From a virus (lineage: Duplodnaviria; Heunggongvirae; Uroviricota; Caudoviricetes), in the IMG/VR virus record IMGVR_UViG_2617270998_000002: a DNA stretch of 33,212 nucleotides; one strand, written 5' to 3'. The notes beneath the pieces were generated by a model. The model searched no databases. It worked only from the letters and a program-made list of their open reading frames with translations, and was not told where the DNA came from. Each line of letters starts with the position of its first letter. Position 1 is the stretch's first letter. Of the stretch, positions 9,531-17,744 are shown in pieces. A program made the translations under genes and the position numbers.

Positions 9531-12500
9531 TACCGATATGCTCCACTTAACCGACCACCATCACGGGCCTGCTGTTGCATAAAGTCCGCTGCCGCTTTTT
9601 TCCCGAGGTCATAAACCACCTTCAGGGCAGCCGGACCTATCTGCCCGTTCGTGCCATCGTTATTGATCTCGATGTTGTACTGCGGGGCAAACATCGCCAT
9701 ACCTGAACCACCAATATCCGCCACAACCCCCAGCTTACCGTCAGCACCACGACGCAGTGGCAGAATGGCTTCAGGTCCCGCTTCCCCCATCACACCCGCG
9801 CCTTTTGCAAAAGCAAAAAACGTCGGACGGTTAACCACCGTGCCACTGTAACGACTCAAATCAGCAGACTGATAAATCCCCCCATTGGCATTCAGGGAAA
9901 GGCTGCTGAGATCAAATCCCAGTACACTGCCAATCCCTTTTATCGATTTCATCATGGTTGCCTGCGCCAGGATTTTCGCCATATCTGACAGCACAGAAGA
10001 GGTGAAGGATTTGAAATTGAGTTTGCCGGTAGTGACAAAAGTTGCCAGGCCATTTCCCATGTTGCTGAAGGCTGACGAGAACACCTGTTCTGCTGTTCCT
10101 GCCGTATTATCTGCATCCACGGTAAAATCCTGAAATGCACGCAGGACTCCGTTTTTCCAGTTACCCTGCACAACTTCAAGCTGTTGCCAGTAACGGCGAT
10201 TCTCATTCAGTTGTCGGTTCAGGCTCTCCGTCAGCGCCTGCTCGGCCTTTCTGTAGTCATCCGTGTTATATGTTCCTTTCTGCTCACTATCCCGCCTCAA
10301 CTGCTCCAGCTGTTGCTGGTATTTCTGGCGAAGACTCAGTTGTACCTGATATCGCTGCCGCTGCTGATCACCCATACCCACAGTGGCGATATCCAGGTCA
10401 TGTTGCTGACGCTGAGCGCGCTCTTCTTCAGCCAGTTGACTGGTCAGCTGAATTGTTTTTTTCTTCAGCTCGTTGAGTGCCGTCTGTTTCTGAAGCTCCT
10501 GCTGTTTTACATCCAGCAGCGTCAGTGCCTGAATCAGTTCATCTTTACGGGCCAGCACACTCTTTTCATCTGCCGTCAGTTTTTTCCCGTCCAGGTCGCT
10601 GATGCGCTGCTGCAGAGCCAGAAGCTGTTTATGCGCTTCTGTCATCCTTTCCGTGGCAATGCCTGCTGACTGTCTGGCAGCAGCAATCTGTCCTTCCACC
10701 TGTGCCTGTTGCTGACTGTACTGCAGCAATAACCGGGTGGCCTCATCATTACGGGGGTCGCGTGTTTTTTTCTTACCGGATGCCAGGGCTTTCTCGTAAC
10801 GTTCATTTTCACGTTGTATCGCCGCATCCCTGACAGCCTGATCGGCGTACTGCATGGAATTAATACGCGCAATTTCACGCTGATGTCGTGCTGCTTCCGT
10901 TTCATTCATCCGGTTCAGTGCAGCATTTTCAGCATTACGGCGTTTCTGTTGCTCCTGATAATTCCGCTCTGCCTGCTCTTTTGCATCCTGCAAATCCTTC
11001 TGGCGTTTTTTCTCCTGAAGCTCGTTAAGACGCTGCTGATCGTACTCAACCTGAGAAGATGATGCCGTCCAGGGGAGTCTTTTCGCCCGCGACACTTTCT
11101 CCTGTAAAGCGGAAATCTGTTCATCCAGCGAGTCTTCACGACCAATATTCATGGCCGCATCCCAGAAACGACTCCATAAATCAGACAGATACTTCAGCGT
11201 ACTGCCCAGCGCATTGAGGTTATTATCAATATCCGCAGTACGCCGACCGGTTTCCTCTGCCAGTGCAGACATGGCTATCCGTGCCGCATCACTGGACCGC
11301 CCCTGTTCCCCAAGGACGCGTATCTGCTCAAGCTGAGTGGCAGTAAGAAAATGCAGCTCATTGTCCAGAGCCTTCGCGGCATTTACAGGATCATCCTTCA
11401 GCCGCTTAAACTGATTTATGGTATCGCTGACCGACTGGCCAACCGATCGCTCCATCTGTGCGGCAGCTCTCGCCACCATACCGATATCGTTTCCACGAAA
11501 TGCACCACTCCCCACCACCTGAGCCAGCGCACCGGCTGCAGCATGTTGCGTAATACCATTCCCGGAAATAGCACGACTGAGCGTCCACAGCTGCCCGGCA
11601 GTGACTCCGGCATAATGCCCCGTCAGCGACAACTGGCGGTTAAATTCTTCCCCCTCCTTCTGACCATCATACCAGGCTTTACCCAGACCATAGACGGCCG
11701 CGGCAATACCGCCAATAACCCCGCCCAGCATCATGCCTTTCGGTGACATCAGTGTGTCTATCCATCCGGCACGGTTAGCCAGCGTTATCCCGGATCCCCT
11801 CAGCGCACCTAAATTGCCGCGAGCCAGTTCACCTATCAGAACGCCTATCTCCTGGCGGGCCGCTGCACTTTTCAGACCCAGCGAATGCGTGGCTTTTCCT
11901 GCCTGCTCCATTTTGCGGATATACACTTCTGCAGCACTGCTTACCCCCAGCTGGGCAGCCTTAGCACGAAGCAACTCAGAAGAAGAAAGATTCTGGCGGG
12001 TTGCCTGCTCTTTAAGCTGACGGATAAACGCCACTTTCTGTCGGGTAGCCTCTGCCTCAGCCTGCGTAAGAACACCGGTTTTCGCCGTAACCTCAGAAAT
12101 CAGCGCCAGATAATCCTGCTGACCAATCCCGCCACTGTTTCTGGCCTGTCGGATCTGCTGCTGAATACGCTGTAATTCCTGCAGTCCCGCACTGGCCTGT
12201 TTCACACTGTCAATCTGACGATAAAACGCGGCAGCCGCTTTATCCTGAGCCTCCGCCAGAGCCATGGCCTGCGCCTGTTCCTCGCGCATTTTCTGGCTCA
12301 GTGCCTCCATACGCTGGCGGGTTTGCTCCACCTCGCGGGCCATGCGTTCATGAGCCTGTGCGCTCTTCTCCACCGTCTGCGCATGGACGGATGCGGCTGT
12401 TGCAGCCGAAGAAGCCGCCTGCATTGTCTGCCGGGCGGCCTGAGTCTGACGCTCCATAAAACGCTGCATACGGGCAGAAGACCGTTCTGCATCGCTGGCT

Positions 12501-12595
12501 GCACCATTCAGAAGGTTTTTGATACGGGGAATTTCATTTTTAAACTCTGCCGCATCAATCCCCAAATCAATGACCAGGTTGGCTATCTGGTCCAT
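9530..12595 (-). CDS. H: Tail tape measure protein H
   Basis: Long coiled-coil-rich ORF; C-terminus ...NNDGTNGQIGPAALKVVYDLGKKAAADFMQQQARDGGRLSGAYR resembles the lambda H C-terminus. Start set at ATG 12595 (MDQIANLVIDLG...) because of upstream GGAGGT; the track ORF begins 10 codons earlier (12625). Confidence 0.9.
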   Translation of the reverse strand: MDQIANLVIDLGIDAAEFKNEIPRIKNLLNGAASDAERSSARMQRFMERQTQAARQTMQAASSAATAASVHAQTVEKSAQAHERMAREVEQTRQRMEALSQKMREEQAQAMALAEAQDKAAAAFYRQIDSVKQASAGLQELQRIQQQIRQARNSGGIGQQDYLALISEVTAKTGVLTQAEAEATRQKVAFIRQLKEQATRQNLSSSELLRAKAAQLGVSSAAEVYIRKMEQAGKATHSLGLKSAAARQEIGVLIGELARGNLGALRGSGITLANRAGWIDTLMSPKGMMLGGVIGGIAAAVYGLGKAWYDGQKEGEEFNRQLSLTGHYAGVTAGQLWTLSRAISGNGITQHAAAGALAQVVGSGAFRGNDIGMVARAAAQMERSVGQSVSDTINQFKRLKDDPVNAAKALDNELHFLTATQLEQIRVLGEQGRSSDAARIAMSALAEETGRRTADIDNNLNALGSTLKYLSDLWSRFWDAAMNIGREDSLDEQISALQEKVSRAKRLPWTASSSQVEYDQQRLNELQEKKRQKDLQDAKEQAERNYQEQQKRRNAENAALNRMNETEAARHQREIARINSMQYADQAVRDAAIQRENERYEKALASGKKKTRDPRNDEATRLLLQYSQQQAQVEGQIAAARQSAGIATERMTEAHKQLLALQQRISDLDGKKLTADEKSVLARKDELIQALTLLDVKQQELQKQTALNELKKKTIQLTSQLAEEERAQRQQHDLDIATVGMGDQQRQRYQVQLSLRQKYQQQLEQLRRDSEQKGTYNTDDYRKAEQALTESLNRQLNENRRYWQQLEVVQGNWKNGVLRAFQDFTVDADNTAGTAEQVFSSAFSNMGNGLATFVTTGKLNFKSFTSSVLSDMAKILAQATMMKSIKGIGSVLGFDLSSLSLNANGGIYQSADLSRYSGTVVNRPTFFAFAKGAGVMGEAGPEAILPLRRGADGKLGVVADIGGSGMAMFAPQYNIEINNDGTNGQIGPAALKVVYDLGKKAAADFMQQQARDGGRLSGAYR

Positions 12596-12917
12596 AACGC
12601 ACACCTCCGGAAATACCTTCCCCAAGATGCATCAGTTCTTCGTCCGTTCGCTCCGGTATCCCGTTCTCTTCCGGTAAAAGGCTGAAATCAGCCACCGCAG
12701 CATCACTGCTACCGGACACCATTCTCACGATCAATGCCTTCAGCGAGGCAAACTGCGCATCCATCCACACATCACTGAAGCTATGCATCTGGAAATAATC
12801 GCCCCATTCACCAAGCTCAGTGGCCGACATTTCCGACAGCATCCGCCGCCAGTCTGCCCGCCGGAACTCCCGGGCAAGCCGCATGACAAACTGCATTTCC
12901 CGCGTCAGGACTTTTCC
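12567..12917 (-). CDS. T: T segment of tail assembly chaperone G-T (made only as a -1 frameshift fusion with G)
   Basis: ORF in the -1 frame relative to G, overlapping the G 3' end; the -1 frame is open only from a TGA about 24 nt before the G stop; candidate slip heptamer G-GAA-AAG (plus-strand complement 12911-12917). Confidence 0.7.
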   Translation of the reverse strand, partial: GKVLTREMQFVMRLAREFRRADWRRMLSEMSATELGEWGDYFQMHSFSDVWMDAQFASLKALIVRMVSGSSDAAVADFSLLPEENGIPERTDEELMHLGEGISGGVRYGPDSQPGH

Positions 12918-13294
12918 GGCGTCAGCACCTCATGCTCCAAATCCCCGGCATTCTCAATGGCTCCCATACCGCTCAGCGACAGAACCATCTCCGCCCCCGC
13001 TCCCAGGGCATCATACGACCATGTTGTAATAACGGATGCGCAAAGCGTCTCAACATCCTGAGACTGTTCCGCATTCCACAGTGAGCGGGAAACCAGCCAG
13101 GCATTGATATCCATCCCCATCCGCAGAAAAGCAATCTGTCGTTCAGCCTCCGGCAGTTCTCCCTCTTCGGCATCAAACTTTGCCGTTCGCTGCTGAACAA
13201 ACGCCAGATATTCAATTCTCTGCAGCCCGGACAGCTCACTGAGCACCACGGACTGCTTTTCATAATTAAACGAGCCCTGTTTCAGAAACATCAT
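12905..13294 (-). CDS. G: Tail assembly chaperone G
   Basis: ORF ...MFLKQGSFNYEKQSVVLSELSGLQRIEYLAF...EVLTPEKS; start chosen at ATG 13294 preceded by GGTGGAG; lambda G-like size and position upstream of the T frame and H. Confidence 0.8.
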   Translation of the reverse strand: MMFLKQGSFNYEKQSVVLSELSGLQRIEYLAFVQQRTAKFDAEEGELPEAERQIAFLRMGMDINAWLVSRSLWNAEQSQDVETLCASVITTWSYDALGAGAEMVLSLSGMGAIENAGDLEHEVLTPEKS

Positions 13295-13307
13295 GTTCTC
13301 CACCTGC

Positions 13308-13331
13308 AAAAAAGCCCCGGATAACCGGGGC
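13308..13331 (-). terminator. Hairpin plus T-run between V and G (possible partial terminator)
   Basis: Minus strand GCCCCGG-ttat-CCGGGGC followed by TTTTTT, directly upstream of the G ribosome binding site. Confidence 0.45.
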
Positions 13332-13351
13332 AAATGATGAGTATCGTCCTG

Positions 13352-14101
13352 TTAACCTGCGGCGCTGACAGCCACCGCAGCCACGGCCACAAAATCGCCG
13401 TCAGAAGTCATGCCCACAATGCTGACACTGCCCTGCTTCACGCCTTTCACCGTGGCCACAAGCCCGTTCAGGGTCACCGTGGCAGTCTGTGGATCTGTCG
13501 AATGCACACTGATCGCTTTGTCACTGGCTCCGTCAGGTTTTACTGTAAAGGTCAGCGTGGTGGTTGCTCCCACTTTTACACTGGCAGATGCCGGTGCCAC
13601 CGTCAGCCCGGTAACGCTCACTGTTTCAGTGCCTTCCTCTGCCAGATGCGGACGCCCCACACCGCTGATTTTCACTGTGCGGGTCATCACGTCTTTTGAG
13701 GCAATGGTTTTACCCAGTGAGCTCAGCCAGCCACGGAAAACATCAACAGTGCCGTTGGGATATTTGATACGAAACGCGCAGACTTCACCGGAGTCGAACA
13801 ACTGAACCAGTTTTTTCTGCCCGCTGTCACCCGGACGCCAGGCCAGCGTCGCCGAAGTATCACCGACGGATTTCTGCCCCTGGGTTGTCGTTTTCCAGTC
13901 TGCATCTTCATCATCGAGATAAGTGTCATCTTCTGCATCAGCGGTCATTTCGCCAGGTTGCAGATCCTTCACCATCGCAAGACGCAGCCAGTCAGTGTCC
14001 GATAAAGGGTTCGCAAACGCATCGCCCTTGCCGGTGTACATCCAGAACGTCGTTCCCGCACCTTTCGTTTTTGCCAGTGGATTTGGTGTGGTCATTGCCA
14101 C
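13352..14101 (-). CDS. V: Major tail protein V with C-terminal Ig-like domain
   Basis: 249-aa ORF; N-terminal part (KGAGTTFWMYTGKGDAFANPLSDTDW...YLDDEDADW...FRGWLSS) lambda V-like; C-terminal Thr/Val-rich Ig-like segment. Confidence 0.9.
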   Translation of the reverse strand: MAMTTPNPLAKTKGAGTTFWMYTGKGDAFANPLSDTDWLRLAMVKDLQPGEMTADAEDDTYLDDEDADWKTTTQGQKSVGDTSATLAWRPGDSGQKKLVQLFDSGEVCAFRIKYPNGTVDVFRGWLSSLGKTIASKDVMTRTVKISGVGRPHLAEEGTETVSVTGLTVAPASASVKVGATTTLTFTVKPDGASDKAISVHSTDPQTATVTLNGLVATVKGVKQGSVSIVGMTSDGDFVAVAAVAVSAAG

Positions 14102-14106
14102 CTCCT

Positions 14107-14508
14107 TTAATTCGTGTACGTGATCTGGTATGTGATTTCCGCCATCGCCCAGGTGGCCATCTCATTATCACGTTGATAGTTAAAACCGAGAGGGATCAGG
14201 GTGTCGATGAGTCCGGAAAGTGCCGGTATATCATTCAGAGCCGGGAAAATGGTGCTCTCCATCCACATATCCAGCTCTGAATCCGGTGCCTGTGCCCGGA
14301 TGAAGACAGCAATATGCAGAACAGCCTGCCAGTCATCTTCATCCGTCATTTTTCCGGTGTACTGAGCATCACTCAGCCACACCGCCACGGCAGGCAGTTC
14401 CTGCGCATCAATAAATGCCGGAAGCCCGTCAAAAAACGTGGCGCTGTCTCCACACTGTTCCCGAAGGCGTGCCAGTACGGCCTGGCGGATTTGTGTATGT
14501 CGGTTCAT
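14107..14508 (-). CDS. U: Tail terminator protein U
   Basis: ORF with ...ATFFDGLPAFIDAQELPAVAVWLSDAQYTG...DSELDMWMES...ITYTN, lambda U-like; start set at ATG 14508 (MNRHTQ...), which forms an ATGA overlap with the Z stop. Confidence 0.85.
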   Translation of the reverse strand: MNRHTQIRQAVLARLREQCGDSATFFDGLPAFIDAQELPAVAVWLSDAQYTGKMTDEDDWQAVLHIAVFIRAQAPDSELDMWMESTIFPALNDIPALSGLIDTLIPLGFNYQRDNEMATWAMAEITYQITYTN

Positions 14509-15083
14509 CGGGTCAGCCATAACCTCAGTTGTTGTTTCAGTGCATACCCCAGCTGTTTCGGCATTTCCGCAGCAATAATGCGGTCGCGGGCATCTTCAAA
14601 TGCCTGTGTCAGCGGTCCGGACAGCGGGACTTTCACCACATCAATGGGGTAACGATTTTTGCCATCAATACGCCGCATCACATGCCAGCGACCATTCGCC
14701 AGTTGCTGAATAAACGCATCCCGGAAAAGATATTTACCCACCTTCAGCACACTGCCACGGTACTGCAGTTTTCCACCACGCCGGGCCAGTCTGACCCGGG
14801 CTGTCCCCAGCTTAATAGCGGGCAGATTGCCCCGGTTAACGCGGATCCTGGCCGTCATTTTTCCTGACGGACTGGCTTTAAACACCCGGACACGCTGACG
14901 TACCAGTTTCAGGGGGATCCCTTTCACCTGGTTATCTCCCGCAACGGTATTCCCGGCAACCTGCCGGGTGGCGACCGAGACCGCTTTCTGTGCCACACGG
15001 TTTATCGCCCATGCGCTGGCCTGTGGCACCATACGGGTATCAAGGCTGTTCAGATTACGGATGGCATTCTCAAGCCCCTTCAT
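14505..15083 (-). CDS. Z: Tail completion protein Z
   Basis: 192-aa basic ORF MKGLENAIRNLNSL...NGRWHVMRRIDGKNRYPIDVVKVP...LGYALKQQLRLWLTR, lambda Z-like (same length). Confidence 0.85.
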   Translation of the reverse strand: MKGLENAIRNLNSLDTRMVPQASAWAINRVAQKAVSVATRQVAGNTVAGDNQVKGIPLKLVRQRVRVFKASPSGKMTARIRVNRGNLPAIKLGTARVRLARRGGKLQYRGSVLKVGKYLFRDAFIQQLANGRWHVMRRIDGKNRYPIDVVKVPLSGPLTQAFEDARDRIIAAEMPKQLGYALKQQLRLWLTR

Positions 15084-15094
15084 CCCACACCTCT

Positions 15095-15370
15095 TTACTC
15101 AATAAAGATCATTGGCTTACCGTTAAAACGTTCATGCCGTGTGACCGTCCATTGTTGTCCGTCATAAACAACGCGATCCCCGCGCCGTGGGCGGTATCCC
15201 GAAGAAAACACCACCAGAGAGACCGCAGGTCCGGACAGAGCATTCAGCTCTGCCAGTGTTTCTCCCGGGATCACAGTCATATCGGCATCATTAATCGAGG
15301 CTGTCTTTCCCATCTTTCTGACCGTGATCGCATCCATATGCGCTGCCAGCCGGGAAAAGGGATCAGACAT
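15095..15370 (-). CDS. Head-tail joining protein (FII-like)
   Basis: 91-aa ORF directly upstream of Z; C-terminal ...RPRRGDRVVYDGQQWTV... loosely resembles lambda FII; position-based call. Confidence 0.55.
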   Translation of the reverse strand: MSDPFSRLAAHMDAITVRKMGKTASINDADMTVIPGETLAELNALSGPAVSLVVFSSGYRPRRGDRVVYDGQQWTVTRHERFNGKPMIFIE

Positions 15371-15686
15371 TGAGTTTTACCGGCACTTCTTCTGCACTGG
15401 TTCCGGCATCTGCCCAGACAACCCCGACCAGCGGATCAGAGCCGCTGTTAGTCAGCTGAACTTTTCCGGACTTCAGATAAACCTTCTTACCCGTTTTCAT
15501 GTCATCCGTTTTCAGCTTAGGCAGCATAAACACACCTTCGGTCATGCCGTCGCCTGTTTCACCCTGTGGAATATCGGTCAGCGCCACCGCAAAAACATCA
15601 CCCACCTGCACCAGATCTCCGCTGCTGATGGCTGCACTGGCAACAATCGCCACCGTTTTTCCTTCTTCTACAAAATTCTTTGCCAT
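15363..15686 (-). CDS. Small head protein (DUF2190-like; decoration or head completion candidate)
   Basis: ORF MAKNFVEEGKTVAIVASAAISSGDLVQVGDVFAVALTDI...; start at ATG 15686 with GGAG upstream; lies between the capsid gene and the FII-like gene. Family assignment from memory. Confidence 0.45.
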   Translation of the reverse strand: MAKNFVEEGKTVAIVASAAISSGDLVQVGDVFAVALTDIPQGETGDGMTEGVFMLPKLKTDDMKTGKKVYLKSGKVQLTNSGSDPLVGVVWADAGTSAEEVPVKLNV

Positions 15687-15729
15687 AACTGTCTCCGCAC
15701 AGCCCCGTTCAGGGGCTGATTTCAGGTAC

Positions 15730-15749
15730 AAAAAAAGCCCTTACGGGCC
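15730..15749 (-). terminator. Rho-independent terminator or attenuator after the capsid gene
   Basis: Minus strand GGCCC-gtaa-GGGC followed by TTTTTTT immediately 3' of the capsid stop (15773); a second palindrome CAGCCCC-tgaa-CGGGGCTG at 15700-15718. Confidence 0.5.
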
Positions 15750-15772
15750 ATCAGAGTTGTTGTCTGCGACGT

Positions 15773-17731
15773 TTACGCCGTACATTTCACCAGACCGCGG
15801 TGATCAACTGGCGCGACACCGGCGTCAATACGCACTTTCGTTGTCACGCCATCCACACTGAAGCCCTCCATCTGATCAATATATGGCGTATCCACACCGT
15901 TGAGATAAGCCACTTCAATCGTATCGGAGCCTTTTGACGCAGCCAGGTAGAAGGTGGTCTGGCTGTTATCATCAAGACGAGGCTCTGCAATAACGGTCGC
16001 AAAATCTTTCACCGGGTTAATAATACCGGCGTTAATGTCAGCCCCCTTGACACTTGAGGAGCGAATGACCTGGTTAGCAACAGACTCCATCGCCGTCGGT
16101 ACCAGTACGAACGCAGGACGAATATTCAGATGACGCTCCCCCTCTTTCTGAACGCGCATCAACTGGCGGGCTTTATCCAGCGATGCCACGTCCATTGCAG
16201 CGCTCTCCAGTACGTTTGCATGTTTCGCTTTATCGAACAGACTTACATTATCTGTGGAGATTTTCGGGTTAGACGTCAGAATGGCATAAACCAGATCGGC
16301 AATAGTGGATTTCGCCGCACGGCCCAGTTTCATCGGGACATCGGTCAGCATATTCAGATCATCATTGATAATGGCCTGACGGGTGATACTGAACAGCTCG
16401 CCATAGGTCGCCAGTGCAATAGTGGCCTGTTTATCTCCGGTGGTGACGTATTTATATTCCGCCCCTTCACGCACCTGACGCAGAGCACTGAAGCCCCCCA
16501 TACCCACACGATGGGCAATTTTAAAATCAGACAACTGACCTTTCCGCGTCCACTGTTCATAGGTTTCAGGAGCATCTTCCCAGCCCTGCAGAATGGCTTT
16601 GTTCGCAACATCCAGCAGAATATTACCGAAGTCAGACGTACTGTGTGTGAACGCCGCACCGACCATCTGCATCGGGTTATAACTGGAAACCCCAATACCC
16701 CGTTCAGTCAGTGACATACGGGCATATTCACGCAGGGTCATCCCGTTGTAGACATTATCACGTTCGGTTTTTTCAAATCCGGCACGCGCCATCAGCGCCT
16801 GGCGGATCCCGTCCCCCACAAAATTACCGTTACCGGCATAAATATGAGCCGGTGTATTTTTATTGGATGGCGTGGACTCGCGCCCCATCTCGTTCAACAG
16901 CTTTTCGCGGGCCTGCTCCAGCGAACATTCAGGATCGGCAAGACACTGAGCCTGCAGCGTCTGATAACGCCCGCCAAACATGGCAAACAGATCATTAATA
17001 CCGTTTACACGCGCTTTTTGCTCTGCCAGTACCTGCGCACGGATACTGTTTTCATCCACCACGGGTGCTGCTGCCTGCACTGGCGTCCGGGAGGCTGCAG
17101 GTTCATCATCCTGTACGCGTGGAGCACTGTTGCGTGGCGGAGTAATCATGTTTCGAATGGATTCCGGCATCTTTTTAAATTCCTCTGTACGTTTTGACTG
17201 AATACATGCCATTGCCTTAACGGCTGGCGTCACCTGATCAGCAAATCCATGTGCCAGACATTCGGCACCGGACATCCAGGTCTCATCCGCCAGCATGGCA
17301 GCAATTTCATCGGTGGTTTTCCCGGTTTTCTGTGCATAAGCGGGTAACAGAACCGCCTCAACCTTATCGAGCAGGTCGGCATAGGTGCGCATGTCCTCCG
17401 CATCACCGCCCGTAAAGCCAAATGGTTTATGAATCATCATGAAGGTGTTTTCCGGCATAATGACCGGGTTTCCCACCATCGCAATGACCGACGCCATTGA
17501 CGCCGCCACACCGTCGACATAAACGGTAATGGACGCACCATGTGTTTTCAGTGCATTAAAAATGGCGATGCCTTCAAAGACATCGCCACCCGGTGAATTG
17601 ATATGGAGATTAATGTGGGTGATATCGCCCAGTGCATTCAGATCACTGATAAACTGCTTCGCTGTAACACCCCAGAAACCAATCTCGTCATAAATATAAA
17701 TATCCGCGTCACTCTGGTGACCAGCCTGCAT
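15773..17731 (-). CDS. Prohead protease (ClpP/S49-like) fused to major capsid protein
   Basis: N-terminal ClpP-like block (IYIYDEIGFWGV...INSPGGDVFEGIAIFNALK...VDGVAASMASVIAMVG) and long C-terminal capsid-like region in one ORF; start set at ATG 17731 (MQAGHQSDADIYIYDE...) with AGGA upstream, just after the portal stop. Confidence 0.85.
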   Translation of the reverse strand: MQAGHQSDADIYIYDEIGFWGVTAKQFISDLNALGDITHINLHINSPGGDVFEGIAIFNALKTHGASITVYVDGVAASMASVIAMVGNPVIMPENTFMMIHKPFGFTGGDAEDMRTYADLLDKVEAVLLPAYAQKTGKTTDEIAAMLADETWMSGAECLAHGFADQVTPAVKAMACIQSKRTEEFKKMPESIRNMITPPRNSAPRVQDDEPAASRTPVQAAAPVVDENSIRAQVLAEQKARVNGINDLFAMFGGRYQTLQAQCLADPECSLEQAREKLLNEMGRESTPSNKNTPAHIYAGNGNFVGDGIRQALMARAGFEKTERDNVYNGMTLREYARMSLTERGIGVSSYNPMQMVGAAFTHSTSDFGNILLDVANKAILQGWEDAPETYEQWTRKGQLSDFKIAHRVGMGGFSALRQVREGAEYKYVTTGDKQATIALATYGELFSITRQAIINDDLNMLTDVPMKLGRAAKSTIADLVYAILTSNPKISTDNVSLFDKAKHANVLESAAMDVASLDKARQLMRVQKEGERHLNIRPAFVLVPTAMESVANQVIRSSSVKGADINAGIINPVKDFATVIAEPRLDDNSQTTFYLAASKGSDTIEVAYLNGVDTPYIDQMEGFSVDGVTTKVRIDAGVAPVDHRGLVKCTA

Positions 17732-17744
17732 CCTGAACCAGGAA

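Noticed and set aside
10135-11062. Several plus-strand ORFs (10135..10476, 10184..10669, 10814..11062) inside H
   Set aside because: Antisense frames within the tape measure gene; low-complexity translations.
16130-16714. 194-aa plus-strand ORF inside the capsid gene, and plus-strand ORFs 18552..18965 and 18790..19065 inside the portal gene
   Set aside because: Antisense to well-supported structural genes; no ribosome binding sites.
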